Below, in pieces: positions 43,423 to 57,978 of a stretch of 64,000 bases of DNA. Origin of the DNA: Tubiluchus corallicola (Eukaryota; Animalia; Priapulida); assembly GCA_030141605.1 (NCBI GenBank), contig JAQGDQ010000049.1:1-64000 (forward strand), written 5' to 3'. Below the pieces are notes generated by a model, which was not told where the DNA came from, searched no databases, and was given only the letters and a program-made list of their open reading frames with translations. Each line of letters opens with the position of its first letter. Position 1 is the stretch's first letter. The position numbers were made by a program, and so were the translations under genes.

Positions 43423-45332
43423 TCAGGTATACATCATCTCTGCCATTTCTGACATTCGTTTTGGTATGTGAACAAAGTCTTCAAAATAGCTCGCAAGTTC
43501 ATCAATTGAGATATCGTCCATTGAATCTATCCTTGCCTGTTGCGAGCAACTCCGCTTAAGTTCGTTTCCTATAACTAACTCAGAGTGGCTGCTATTCTGA
43601 TGATGAGCATCATAAACTTGTGATTCGCTGTTAGACTTTTTCCGCACTGGACGTGTTTCGGAAAAGTTGTAACTCTCGGCTTTGCTCTCATACTTCAGCA
43701 GCTCATTCAAAGATTTTGCAACTGATCGAAAATCCCACAATGTACTCTCTGACTTTTTACCAAACACATTACTATGCACCGCATTTACATTTTTAAATTC
43801 TTTGTTAGTTTCACATTTCACTGTTCTTTGCATTGGTGATTGCTGTTCATTTGTAGACAATCTCTTACGGCATAGATGCAAAGGACTGTCTGTCTTGCAC
43901 TTACACCTGACCATGTCAACATTGTTGCTAGGCAAGTACGCAGTAAACAATGAAATATCAGATGTTTTGCTATTCGAATTCTGACATATATTGTCACTCT
44001 TTAGACTTGAGTTTATTGCAAACTTGCTATTACATTCTGTACTGTTTGCGTAAGGATGATACCTGCTATTCGGCACGCCATGGTGGAACACAGTAAGTTT
44101 GTTTGCCTGATTTTGCTGAGAAGGATCATCAGTGTTTGGAAGAAGTTTTGTATAATCCCTGAAAGGTATGCATCGATAGCATTAACAAAAAATGTAAGTT
44201 AAACAATAGTTAAACAAAACTACAGAAAAAGAAAATGCAACTTTGTTTTCAATAATTTCTTATCATTTTATCACAATACTTTGCCTTCAAAATTTTGAAA
44301 AAATTGTGCTCTACAGTATTTTTTATTGTAGCAATTATAGAAGAACTTTCAATATAATTTGTACAATACGACTTTAATTTTAGTTATATTTAAAGGGAAT
44401 GCACATGCGAATACTAACAAATTCTTTGCATATGAGGCTGCTAGGAGTTTTTATAATTAACTGTTAATAGAGCTCTGCATTCTGGTAACTTGTAAGACAA
44501 AATCAGAATATAACCAATAACACATGCAGGGATGTTACATAAATGAGACTTTTGCTTTCAGTTCAGTTTCGTTTTTGTCAAAAATTATTAAGTTTCGTAA
44601 CCAAAACTTTTGGTAATCTTCGGCAGTATTTTTCCTAGTTTTAGTATTTATCCAGCTTACACTTATTTCTCCTAGATGTTAAAAATCACTGAAAAATTTT
44701 GGTTAAAATAGTTTAAATAAAGGGTAGATATCGTTTATTAACTTTTTGTACCATGCTTTTTATGGCAATATGGCATATCTTCAGTGTTGACGCTTCAAGG
44801 TCTCCAGGCACAATCAATTGAAATATCAAAGCGCAATTTGAATAAAACTAAGTCTAATTCTACAATTTGTGAAATATACGCAACAAAATATTAAAATAAA
44901 ATTTGCCAATTTTTTGAAGCATCATGATCTTTAACCATAAACATTGTTCTACTTTTTTGGTTAAGATTTTTTGCCTAACTACTTCATCAAGTTTATATCA
45001 GAACAAATAAAAGCAAACAAGCACAAATAAAGTATTTTACTTATTTCAGAATATCTTTCAGTTTTGATATAGTTGGTTTGGCAAAACTGTTTGCGGTTCA
45101 CTTCAGTTTCAGTATACATTTCCTATTTTTTAGAAATTTCGGTTTCGGTTTGTCATTTCAGTTTCGGTATCGTCTCTAAACACGTGGTAGCTAATGTTTT
45201 TTCAAGGCTTGCTATAATACCTATACCTTGAACAAATAAGTAATCGCTTATTCCTAACCTGTTAGGATCTATTTTCAAAGAAGAGAAAGTTTTGCACATA
45301 TCTGCTGTCTCTGCTAAACTTTCAACTGCCAT
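43423..45332 (-). CDS. OSER1: Oxidative stress-responsive serine-rich protein 1 homolog, 2 coding exons
   Basis: Exon 45332-45259 (MAVESLAETADMCKTFSSLKIDPN) joins exon 44158-43423 in phase 2. The diagnostic C-terminus is SCSQQAR...DDISIDELASYFEDFVHIPKRMSEMAEMMYT*. Confidence 0.9.
44527..45178. mobile_element. hAT-like MITE, copy 2, in the OSER1 intron
   Basis: CAGGGATGTTAC...GTATCGTCTCTA termini with 8-bp flanks AACACATG / AACACGTG; homologous to 17137-17912. Confidence 0.78.
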
Positions 45333-48300
45333 CTTTTCGTAAGCAACTTGTCAAACAATTACATTCTGCAAAAAAATAAAACATAAGATGTGAAGTTTTT
45401 AAAAAATTATGCACGTAAAAATTGAATAAAGTCACAGCATTTTGCTACACTATATCTATACCATGTATTATTAGCAGGAAAACAACTTAAAAATATGTTC
45501 AAGGCCTATGCAATAATGCAAAAAATCCTTGGTTCCTACAATCGTGGAAAGAAAAAATATAAAGCTATTGTATCTAAAAACATATAGCACAAAACATACA
45601 ATCATAATTTGCATAACATTCTTTTATGCATTATGACTTTTACATTATAATTGTTTTAGAAATGTTCAAGTTAGCGAATCAGCTATTTGGTGCCAGTGTG
45701 TGATTTTCCTAACATTACATTAATTTATCAAACATTCAAATGTTGTTTTCGACTTGTTTACAAGTGTATTTTTCCTAACAGAAGTCAAAACGCTGACATA
45801 ATTGTTTTCCACAAAACACTACTTATAATGTTTACTGTTGAAAGTTTGCTACAAAGGAAGATGACAATTAGTGATTTAATGTCCTTGTAACATTTACATA
45901 ATTTCGTTTTTCTTTGTTTTCAGAATTTCTGCACAGCATATACTGCTTGAGTTTACTGCGAAGTATGTTTATAATCACGTCCATTCCGCATGTGTTAATA
46001 TTTAAAGAAACTTCTAAGAGGTGCTATTGTAGCTTTTGAAGCATACATGGAGAATTTACTTTTTCTTCACAGACATTTTTTACAGGAGTGCTTTATTATT
46101 TTATCAACTTATCCCTAAGCTCGATTTATCATTACTGCAATGCAACACCTCTAAATTTTACAAGTCTAAAATCAAAAGGATGTTGGCATGTTGCAGGGCT
46201 TGTTTTTCATCAGATAAGAAGGCAGCAAATTCAAGTGCCACCCCGGGGGCACAAGCTCTAGCTATGCCACTGGTGGTATATGAAACTGGAAATTTGTTTG
46301 TTTGCCAAGATCAAATGGGGTGTAAATGTATTTTTTCATTAGGTGGCAGCTTAACTCTCAAGTTTATTTTTGCTGTAGACACAAATACGAATAATTTCTG
46401 CAAATTTCGCAGTTTAATAAAAACCGAAAATTCTAATTTAGTACCACAGGCATCATTAAGCACTAAAATTACTCATGAAACAAACTGAGGCAGTTAACGT
46501 TAACTAACCTTTGACTAGATCAGCTCTTCCATTTGTTTTAAATTTTTACGTTATATTTCCAATTTTTTTATGGCCCAAAGCCATTTTTGGACTATCTAAA
46601 AATTAAAAACAAAATTACATTGATCTCTTTGCATTCTCAGCATGCATACAGTACCTTTAACACAAAGTACAATTAAAATGAACTGTACTACTAGACACTA
46701 AAACAGTTTACGCTACAGACCTATAACGAAGTGAAAATAAAAGGAACTTCTTAAATTCGAGCACTTGTTCTGATGTAATAGGTAATATAAAGGTCAGCAA
46801 GCAAACTGCGAACAACACAAAATAAGTGAGAAACTATTTTTAAAGCTTTTGAAAATTGAACAACATAACTATAAACAAATTACAACAATAAAGATGTCAT
46901 CATCAAACAGAAAGTTTCATCACGAATGACATTTCGTTTTTACGTTGTTTTCTGCGATCAAGCAAAACGTTAAACTTCGTTTACTGACGATGACATTTCT
47001 TCTTTTACGAGCTTGTACCTTGCATTTTGCTGTTAATAACTAATAATTCTCCGGAAGGCAGGCACTGGCAGCTAGGTTAAAACGTTAAGGCACATGAATT
47101 TCTAGTTATTGGTTTTTGTTATGAATCATGTTATGTTATGAACTAAAATTATGAATAATTATTTTAAGCGCCAACTGATCCAACAGCATAAAAAGACCAT
47201 AACTTTAACAATAACTCCATAACTTTAATAATAATTACACAAAGTTACATTGAATCAATTTGAACAACGGAGCTCATATTATAGGCTAAATTAGGCTCAC
47301 ATAGCATACTTTTTTAATTTCACACTGGTCATATAGTGTGTTGTACCATATTTTGTATGTCACTGCATTTTAAGTATTACGTCTAAATAAAAAATACACT
47401 ATCTCATCATATGCTTCCCTAGTATTATTCAGTATCTGTATAAAAATTATTCTATCTGTCTATTCAAATAAGACTAAACTAAACCAATGCAATAATCACT
47501 CATACTTGATAAAATTGTTATGATAAGTCCAAAAATCGCGGCAGCTCGCTATGAAGATTTTGAGACACCAAAGTGACTAATACCTATAGTTGATTTATGA
47601 CAAGAAATTTAGAATAGTAAATTCATATGTTTCATTAGTAATAGCTAATTAACGCATAATACACTTTACAATTCATTGAAAATCGCTTTTGTAGCAGATA
47701 TTCAGAAATTGAGTTGATTCAACAGCTAATGCCTGAATTAGCGAGTTTCGATGGCAGAGGCACAACTACATTAACCGTTCTTACTATTTTCTGCAATTTG
47801 CAGCAATTTTTCATAATTATAATTATAGAGTCAGTATTGGCTTATACGTAATATTACTAATTTACTTATACTATCAACACAACGTGAACATAATTATAGT
47901 TAATATGAAAAACTAATGCAAGCGTTACCATGATCAACTCCTTGGTTACAGCATTAGCATCTAAAAAGATTCGCCTTTGTCATAGCTGCCTTGTCGCCAA
48001 CAACATAGTTTTTGTTGTTCAGCCTGAAGTTCTGCATATTATTGAGCCACTTTGTAACTCGACTGTACATGTGTGTTCGAAAATAAAATTTAATGAATTA
48101 TATTATTATAATAATTAATTATTGTCGTTGCTGTAGCCGCTGCTGTGACTGTGACTATTTCTGTTACTGCTTTCGTAGCGATGGCAATGATGCACTGCCA
48201 GACAAATAGCCTTGATCGAAGTCTAAAACTTTTCAAATTATGAACAGAACCCAATAATAAAATGAATACTTGTTGGTACTTAACAAAAATTAGTAAGTTG

Positions 48301-49683
48301 CCATTAACAAAATAGTCCTACAATCTCGATCGATCATACTGTGTAGAAGAAGAATTTAGGCTTCAGGTCTAAAACAATTGCAAACGCTCTAGAGCTCAAC
48401 ATGCACAACGGATTTGGCTATCCAACTAAAGCTCCAGAACTCCAGCAGGAATAGCAGGTATAACGGTACGTTCAGACGTAGACTTTTTAGCAACTTGTTG
48501 CGCAACTTCTCCTTGAGAGTAAAGGTGCAACGTGTGAACGGTTTGGGAACTTCTCTCGCAACTTATTGCAACGTGTGAACGACTTGGCAACTTCTCTCAG
48601 TTGATGGTGATAAACAATTTTTATTATCACCAAGATATGATAAAAACAACGGCAACTGAAAGTTAATTGTACAATCGAGATTACTATAATGATGGACAGA
48701 AGTGATATTCAAAGGGGGAGAGGAGGCTTTGAAAACTCTCATTACATGTGTTTTAAAAGAATCACACTTGTAAAAGCTTGCGATTATTAACAATATTTTT
48801 TATAGAAAGAAATCGTGACAAAGACATGTTATTGTGTCTACGAGGTCAATCAATTCGTCAATTTAAATTAATTTTGCAACCATGTACGTATACGTAAAAA
48901 ATGGAAAATTACATTTCGAATTTAATCGTCTGGGATTCGAACCGGCTCTTCGGGTAACTATCATTACCCAAAATTGCCACTGTTCTGATTTGATATTAAA
49001 TTTATTGAAACTTTTCTACAAAAAGGTTTTTATGTGCATCTCAACGGCATCATTTTGCCGTAGTCAAAAACCTCAAATTCAGAATACGGCTAGATTACAC
49101 CGATGTTTATTTTATGCACGAATACTTTTTCTGCTTTTTCACAAGCATCCCGCTGCGCTTACAGGGCCCTTTTAGGAAGCATCCTGTGCAATTTTCATGT
49201 TTCAATCCGCATTACAAACAAGTTTTCTTTTCATAGTTTATCTGCAAGTACTGCTGCGTTGTCACATAACATATAACCACGCCTGCAGGAGCCTAACCTC
49301 ACCCATTATTCTCACAGATAATCTTTACCCAGGCAAGCGCTTTATATTTTCGAAACCAAGGTTACGTTTGAGAATTTTTTACCAGTTTAGAATCCGGTCA
49401 TCACTGCGTTGTGACGGTGTATTCAGACTTGGTTCGTATTTTTGTACTTTTCACAGTTTCTCTAGTCAAAATTAATTTGCTATTAAGATGCGTTAGAATA
49501 ACATTAGATGATTGGAGAATTATGAGAATACCTCTATGACATTGCAGATTACTATTACGTTATTTTTATGCTATAAGTTTAAACCTTGGACATTTTAGCG
49601 TTATGTAATCTAAAAGTATTTATGATGTCATCATATAAAAATTGCTTTATTATAATAATTTAGATTTGCAGACCAGGAAAACA

Positions 49684-50133
<450 letters not shown>

Positions 50134-50198
50134 GTTGTATCTAGAAGGGAAGAAACTATACCTGCGTAAGTCCACATTCAGATTCTTACTACAGTACC

Positions 50199-51299
50199 AT
50201 GATATCCTGCGTGACTACAGCGATTGTGGTTCTAGCGTTTTGCTTCTCGTGTGGCTCTGCACAGTGGACGAACAACGCATACTCTACCAGGGGAGAGCAT
50301 CTAATTGTACTGGCACCCCCTGCGTACAACGATTATTACTACGCTCAACAGTACGGCGTTGCAGACGACATTATAAATTTTCAGATTAACTATGCAAAAA
50401 AGATCATTGGCAAAGATAATGTTGTGATTGTAGGAGATCGACGTACTCTGGCACAGTTTAGACGAAGAGGAATTCCTGAAGATGTTCTACTTGAACTCTA
50501 CTACCCCATGGAGGATATCTGGATGAGAGACTTCACCACGGTTAATCCGTACAACCCTGTTCAATTCCGGTACACAGCAGCAGCCCAAGAAGGAAGTCAG
50601 TCAGATGCTAACTACGTCCAGCGTTTCTTCAAGTACACTTTCGGCAAAATGGGCGTCCGATTCAACAGTCGCACCTGGGCACCATACATTGATGGTGGCA
50701 ATGTCGTCGATAACTATGTCGACAAGATCATTGTCACGGACAAGTTTTTGCGAGACAACAGGTTCTCAAAACAGCAGGCCATAAGACTTCTGAAGAACTA
50801 CTACAGGACTGGCAGACAGGTTTCGGTTGCAGTTCTACCTACTGATCCAGATGATCCCCTTGGACATGCTGATGGCATGGTAATGTTTCTCAGTCAGAAC
50901 TCTATAGCTGTCACTAATTACGATGCGGTGCCACAATTCCAACAGAGAATCTACAATGAGTTATACAGGGCCTTTGGCCCTAACATCAACATTGTTAAAT
51001 TACCAGACCTGGGTTACAATCCACCGCTTAATGAGCACATTGCCTCCTCTTGTGGTATTCTCGTCAATGGAGTTCTCACTTCCAACTACCTGTACGTACC
51101 AGTGTTTGGGGCAGGCAACCAAGACGCCATCAATACGATACAACAACACAGTGACAGGGTAGTAGTTCCAGTGAATGCAGACGGCGTGTGTGCGATGGGT
51201 GGAAGCGTCAGGTGTCTGTCTTGGCAAGTGGTAGGCAGTAATGCAAGACGGATCATCCTTTACGCAAGGAAACGCAATTTTGTCTTTCCGAACTATTGA
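50199..51299 (+). CDS. Secreted-type agmatine deiminase / Porphyromonas-type peptidylarginine deiminase family protein (366 aa, single coding exon)
   Basis: Hydrophobic signal peptide (MISCVTTAIVVLAFCFSCGSA) and family motifs DIWMRDF, IDGGN, GHADG and GGSVRCLSWQ, which supply the Asp/His/Asp/Cys catalytic set. AATAAA lies at 51453. Confidence 0.9.
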   Translation: MISCVTTAIVVLAFCFSCGSAQWTNNAYSTRGEHLIVLAPPAYNDYYYAQQYGVADDIINFQINYAKKIIGKDNVVIVGDRRTLAQFRRRGIPEDVLLELYYPMEDIWMRDFTTVNPYNPVQFRYTAAAQEGSQSDANYVQRFFKYTFGKMGVRFNSRTWAPYIDGGNVVDNYVDKIIVTDKFLRDNRFSKQQAIRLLKNYYRTGRQVSVAVLPTDPDDPLGHADGMVMFLSQNSIAVTNYDAVPQFQQRIYNELYRAFGPNINIVKLPDLGYNPPLNEHIASSCGILVNGVLTSNYLYVPVFGAGNQDAINTIQQHSDRVVVPVNADGVCAMGGSVRCLSWQVVGSNARRIILYARKRNFVFPNY

Positions 51300-54200
51300 C
51301 CACTCGCGAAAAAAACCATGAGCTTCTTTTCATTACTTAATAGCAGTTACTTTAGCGCATTACAATTTCGGTTCAGAGTAGAACATAATTTTTGACGACA
51401 CAGTAGTTTTCGACTTCTTTCGTAAATGTCTATGCTCATAACTCTAAGCAAAAATAAATAAAAATTTTAGTGAGTGCGGCATTGAGTAGGCCAGTTATAC
51501 TCATTTAAATGCCTCGCTTGCGCTAAGGTTAGTTATTGTATACATGGATAAAAATATATAGTGTCAACATCTATTGGTAAGAAAGCAAAAGTTTTAGAAG
51601 TCGGTGCCTTTTTAAGATATCTGTGCATGATAGCTAATTTTGCTTTCGGGAATCTGTCAAAAGTTACCCAATAAATACACCAGAATTTTTCGATTTTTAA
51701 AGTGTTAGATGCTGCACAATTTTATGTCTCTGTGTCTAGATATAGTACCGACCGCACAGTATACAATAATTACATGCAGTCGAATTTACTATACTTGTGC
51801 CTTCACTGAAGTGTGTTCTGTAGTTTATGTGAAAATCGTTTAACAAATGAGCTATTGCTTTCATTTACTGAAATGAAATGAAATATTAGAATTGGATTTA
51901 CTGGCGGTGTGTTTAGTGTACGTCACGTACTCGGCTGCAGCGTGAATTAGTGAAATTTTGACATAAACGCTCGTCTTGCTACGAAAATGTTCAACATTCA
52001 TTACTGACCTCAAAAGCTATTTCAGTTAGTAAAGATCTTGTAAAGTATCTGTGATTGCATTTCGGGGTACTCGTATCATAGAGGGTCGCCAAATTCTACA
52101 GCTTGTATAATTTGTTCCATCTTTGTTGTGAAAACGCACTTTTCCGTCCGCAGAAAAAAGGTTTAACAATTAAAATGCGGATCCGTGCGAGTATGTGGCT
52201 TTCCGTGCGGTGAAAACGACAAACACGTAAACAATGATTTACAAAAGCGCGCTATTGCTTTATTTCTTTTCCGTGTAAGTCATACAGAAAAAGTGCGTGT
52301 CTGTGCGGTCGCAGTGGAAACGCGGCCTTAGTGTGCTTATGCAGACGTCGGTAATTCAGGATATACGGTTTTCAGTCTCACTCACAAACTTTTTTATACA
52401 TTCCTGAATTAATCGAATTTAAATAGAGGTATCGTTTACCAATAAAAAGAACAAATAAATTTAACCTCGGTCGTTTAACGTTTGAAGTAATAATAATAAT
52501 AATAAATTCTTTATTACTGTAAAAGTTAAGCATCATTGAACAGTAAATTACGCATTCAAAAATATAAGCTTATATTTTTAATTAGCGAACTGAAATATTA
52601 GAACTGGATTTGCTATCGTTCGTGAATTGCATTGCATAGTTTGTTGTTTAATGTGTACATAGCGTGTACTACGATGGGCTTAATATCCACTCCCTGGCAG
52701 AGATTGTATTAATATTTTTCTTTTATGTTCCTATATCAGATTTCTTGTCCTTATTATGGGATGATCTACTATCAGGACCGGATTGTGATTTTTTGGCGCT
52801 CCTAGGCTAATGAAATTATGGGCCACCCCCTAACTCACCCGCACCCGTCTTGAATATTTTCACTCGTGCAATATTTTAACGACGTTTACATAGCTTGAAA
52901 TAAACTTGTTACAAAATCTTTAAATAAACTAGAATAGCTATCTTTTGTTTGTCAACACTGAAAATATTCTTTAAGAAATACCACAACTTCACCATTTATT
53001 GCAAATTATTTCAGATTTTTCCAAATATTCCAACGCTTAAGGCCTCCCAGTCTGGGCCCGGCTACTATACAGCTAATATGCTAGTTAAGCCCATCTGAAG
53101 AATTAGCCTTCACACAATATAGTATATAACGCCTTTCTTTTCTTTTATACTATTTTAATATATGTATAAATGTCAATAAAAAATTCTTTAATAAAAAATT
53201 CCACAATAAAAAGGCTTGCTGTCCTCATACAACAGTTTTGTTACATTACAGAGTACAAGACGTTGCGTAAATTTACAGGTAGGTTATAAGCAGCATTTTT
53301 CAGATTTCAAGCAAAAGCTTGCTATAGATAACTTCATAGTACTTTTTTGAAGCTGAGGAGTTTGCAAATTCGGCGGACATTTTTTTCAAGAAAATACTGC
53401 ATTTTTACAAACAGGACATCTACAAGGAAGAAACAAATACACAATTTTTTCATAGTGTTACTGAAGTTAGTCCGGAATGCGAAGCATTGGTTTCTTGCTT
53501 ATTGTTTTTTGTCCGACTCATATCTCATTTAGGATGCCATTTACTGTTGTCATGTAATTCAGTTTTTCTTGAATAGGTCATTTACAATGCCACTTATCGC
53601 TGCTATGAATCCGTTTTTTCATAAAACTAGTGTCACAATATAAAAACTCAATTCAATTTTGAAACTGGCTAAAAGCTTAATTACATGAACAATGAGAGAG
53701 AGAACAGCACCGATGAGAAACTTTTATAGAGTTACTTTGCAAGCGAGTAACCCAAAAATTTATATAATTGTAGGCCATCACAAACAGGTTAAACACCAGT
53801 GATCAATACAGACATAAATACAAAATTTTATAACAAAAATCTTAACACACAACTGCCAAAATTTCACAGCTTTCTGAATTAGCAGTTATCATTTATTTGT
53901 CAAATTTAATAACAAAATAATTAGCTCAATTACTGTGCAGCATTCATATAAAGTAATTATATAGTTAACAGCTGACAAAAATAAACAGCTGTATAGTATA
54001 ATATACAAAAGCTTGAATTTTGACATTTTGTCTCTATTTTTAAGTAGTACAAAGAACATATGAAAGTATAAAAATTAATAATACACATGTAATATAAAAA
54101 GAAACTAATTTTGACATGTTCATTATTAAGTGATTAATACAAATGCAACTCACAATAAAGACCAAGCATTATCACAGTATAATATTTATAATACTACGTG

Positions 54201-54798
54201 TTAACATATATTAAATGTCATTCAATTTAAAAAGCGTTATTGTTTACACGCTTAATTGAACCAAGTTCACAGATATCAGTGCATCTGGTCGTTAGATAGA
54301 AATTTATATACATCGTACTATATAAATTATATATTATCGTTTTCATTCTTCATGAGTCCTTTCTTCATCTTAAAAAAATGTGCCACAAGTACAATTTAAA
54401 AATGTTTTAATATAGTTTGCACTGTGCAACACTCAATGACAAAGCCTACTTCTAATGTGGCAGGACCGGAATGTAGCTTATTACCAAGGATGTTAATCGA
54501 AGCTGAGACACTGAACCAGCAGGGGTGTCTCAGCCAACTAGGGATGCATATACATCACCCTCAATGAGAGAAACAGCCGGAGGCAGTAACACAGATCAAA
54601 CTGATTAGGAGCAATTTTATGGTGGTCACCCTCCCACTTACAAAATGGACTCAGTGATAAATTTTGTAGCCAAATAGACTCTTGACCATTGAGTTGTTTT
54701 TCCCATCCCTCTGTGACACATAAATACACAAGATGATTGAAAAAATCACGACCTTTCAAGAGTCAACTGTGATTGAAAGGTGTAACAAAGGCAGCCAC

Positions 54799-55216
54799 CA
54801 GTGGCGTAGCTAACAGGGAGGTAAGGGGAGCAATCACTCCCCCGAGCACATTTTTTAAAATTGGCGTCCTTCAACACTTGTTAAAATCTTTAGTTCACTT
54901 GTGCAATAAAAGTCAAATCCTTTTTTACATTTTTAATCACGTGGTCTCTGGCATCATTACTTTACTTGACCAACCAGTCTCCAGTGGTTTTGAAAACAGT
55001 ATGCATTTAGGCAACTCATTTGCCAAGGTTAACTGACTGAACCACGATCAAATTGCCCCGTATCTAATTATTATAATACATTCTTGTCACATGACTGTCT
55101 AGTAGTAGGCTTACTGTAAATCATATATTACTATTGTTAAAAAATGTTTGGTATGTGTCATGGCACCTTTATTATGTGCTTTCTTCCCCTAACTTAATAA
55201 CCTGGCTAACCCCCTA
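54799..55216. mobile_element. hAT-like MITE with a perfect 8-bp TSD
   Basis: GCAGCCAC occurs at 54791-54798 and 55217-55224, flanking termini CAGTGGCGTAGCTA / TGGCTAACCCCCTA. Confidence 0.8.
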
Positions 55217-55597
55217 GCAGCCACTTTTAAACTGTCCAAGCATGTATGAATGAAGCACTCAATTTCTATATATTTCACCTATAAAAAATTATCAATCTGC
55301 TAATGACAATAATAGCAGAAGCAGCGCACTGCACAGTTATGTGACTAGAATGTCAAAACATCCCTATAACAGGAAACAAGCCCATAGCACTCACTAAGTA
55401 CATTACAAAACAGCAAAATACTAATGTACCATGATGATTCTTTGCAGGTTAAAACTTATTAGTGTTGACTATTAACTTTAGTGACGAGTTCACAAATACT
55501 TGCTTATCATATCACAATAAATCACTTTAGGCTTTTGGTAACATTAATAGCCAATACATATGCAGTTACATTAAATGAGTCACAATTTTAAGCAAAT

Positions 55598-57978
55598 TCA
55601 CTCATTGCTGATCACCGGTGGTAGCAACGGCTCGTTTTCTGCGCCAGTCTTTTTACGATAACGAAAGAAGAATAAAATAATAGAAACAATCATTAGCAAA
55701 GCACCAAGCGCTATAACAAAATACTGAACGACTGTCAATACAAGCATAGGCACTTGCACTTGCTTTCTAAATTTCTCAACGCTGGCATCATCGGCTGCCG
55801 AACTTTCGTTCAACCAAAGTACTGGAAAAAATGTTGGCTTCAGCTTCTCAGTTTGAACAATCATTTCAACATGCTCCACAAAAACGTTGACTTGCATTCT
55901 CCTGGCTAGTCTCATGACCATCCCAGTGTTGGGCTCTACATCCGAGAAGGTTTCATGTTCAAATTTTTCCGGGTGCAAACCGTCCACTGCATTCACAAAC
56001 TTGGGGTCGCCTTGATAGAAATGCGGTGCGGAAAGAACCACGGGTGCACCTTGCTTGCATACGCTTACATTCAGCAAGCCGGTGCCAAGGCACGGCATGC
56101 AATAGCACTGGTTATCAGGATTGACACTAGCATTGAGAAAGAGTTCATCAGGAGCAGTAAATCGCAGAAGCACAATGTCCTTGTAAGTTATCTCTTGCTC
56201 GTATACAAGGTACAATGAACGACAGATATCGGTTGAAAACACTTGGAGGATACTAGATTTCTCAACAGATGGTGCAAAGACAGAACCGTCTGTTCCGTTA
56301 ATCTGGTTACAATATTGGGAACGCCAGTATTGGAGATTAGAAGCAAAATTCCAATTATCTATCAGTGCAACTTGCTCTGGGTTCTCAACTCCAGTAAACA
56401 CATTATAAATGCCGTCAGAGCTTAAGTTGCCTGAAGCTGGTCCATAGAAATAGCCAAATGTTCCATCGGGTACTAAACTGGGTAAGAATATGTGAATATC
56501 AGATAGAAGCTTGTCCTTATAGCCCCATAGGTACTCATTAACTGTACGGTTTACAAAGAGTGGTTCATCTAACAGCAAAAATAAAAATGAAGCCAGAATT
56601 TTCACAAGATCAGGTTTATGTTTAATAAATGTTGCTACAGTGATCAGAGGCATATTTAGTGATGTTACCACATCACTGTCATTACCTATGGACATGTTGC
56701 GCTGAAAAAGATATGTCTTCCGCTGCTGATAAGACACAGTGCCATTAGAATTAAATGTGATGTTCTCTTTTTTTCGGTACTCCCTGTATGTGTAGGGACC
56801 AACTTGCTTAAGCACTGGTTTTGCACCAAGAGAAACATTGTATGGATTCTCCACATTGAAAAACCAATACTGCATGTAAATTGGTACAGGTATTTCTTTC
56901 CACACATCATATGCTTCAGATCCTTTTTTTAATGAGACTTGGTCATCTAAAATGTACAAACAATTTTAGGAGCAAAAAAACAGTCAACACTTGTATAATT
57001 TACCAAAACCATACGAATTTTAAATTTTGGGAACAACAGAAAGTCAAGCAGATATGTTTTTCCAATTTTATTAAAATAAAATACTTGCTACAAATCAAAT
57101 TTTCCACTGATTTTAACCCTTTGGAAGGCAGCAGTGTGCCACCTATGTTTTTCTTGTAAGAGACGGAAGGTGGCAGACTGCCGCCCGAGCTCAGCACTAA
57201 GCGCAATTGCCCAGGTCTCTTTATTTCACTGCTACGACCATGCAAAAACATTGTAGAAAAGTTTAACAGCCGTGGGATTGTGGTTGTTTCCCAAGTAATG
57301 CTAACCAGCCAAATATACTGTCTGTATAGTATGTTCTCATGCAAAATTGCTTGTTGATAGTTGGTGAAAGGTGTTTAGTCACTTGTTCTGCATGCTTACA
57401 AAATAATTGCGTATTATGGATTAATAAAATGACTTTTGTGAAAATTGGCTTCTAAATATAAGTATGTGCTTATTTGTGTGGGTGTGCACGCGTGTGCATG
57501 CATGAGTGCATATGTGTGCACGCAGATGTGTGTGTGTGTGTGTGTATAAATGAAACTAATATTCAATATTAGTGTTTAATAACAAATTGCTATTTGTTTA
57601 TTTACAAGATTCTGTTCTAGTAACACACCACAAGAAGTTAATGTCACATGTGCAATATCCAATGCATCACTGTTAAAAAGCAACTACATAGTGAAAGGAT
57701 TAATTAAACTTCAGAAGTTTAAAACTTTAGTATACATCAAAATTAATGCAAAAATGTGCATAAATTGCATTTACATGAAATAAATTTTATAAATGAATTC
57801 TAAGCTGTGAATGTAGTGATCAAACCATAAAAAAATAATAAAATTAGTTAAGCAAATTAAATATTTTACCTATCTGATTATTTATAACGACATCAAATAT
57901 CTTGATAAAACATCCACCCAAGACACAGCAGGCAACACCAATAATGCCAACTATTATGACTAGCTTTGGCCATGCCAT
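55598..57978 (-). CDS. SCARB2: CD36-family scavenger receptor class B, LIMP-2-like, 2 coding exons
   Basis: Exon 57978-57870 (N-terminal TM, MAWPKLVIIVGIIGVACCVLGG...) joins a 1349-nt exon 56946-55598 in phase 1. Motifs: GPYTYRE, INGTDG, DICRS, SAPHFYQGD, C-terminal TM and the ENEPLL dileucine lysosomal signal. Confidence 0.93.

Noticed and set aside
46036-49475. Short ORFs between OSER1 and the deiminase (46036-46488, 48882-49175, 49197-49475)
   Set aside because: They have no recognisable domains or splice-consistent chain, and their composition is that of AT-rich noncoding or repeat DNA.
50199-51299. Bacterial contamination as the explanation for the deiminase ORF
   Set aside because: The flanks are AT-rich with microsatellites, splice signals and a polyA signal, there are no neighbouring bacterial ORFs, and the sequence is contiguous with spliced animal genes. 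Read-level confirmation is still needed.
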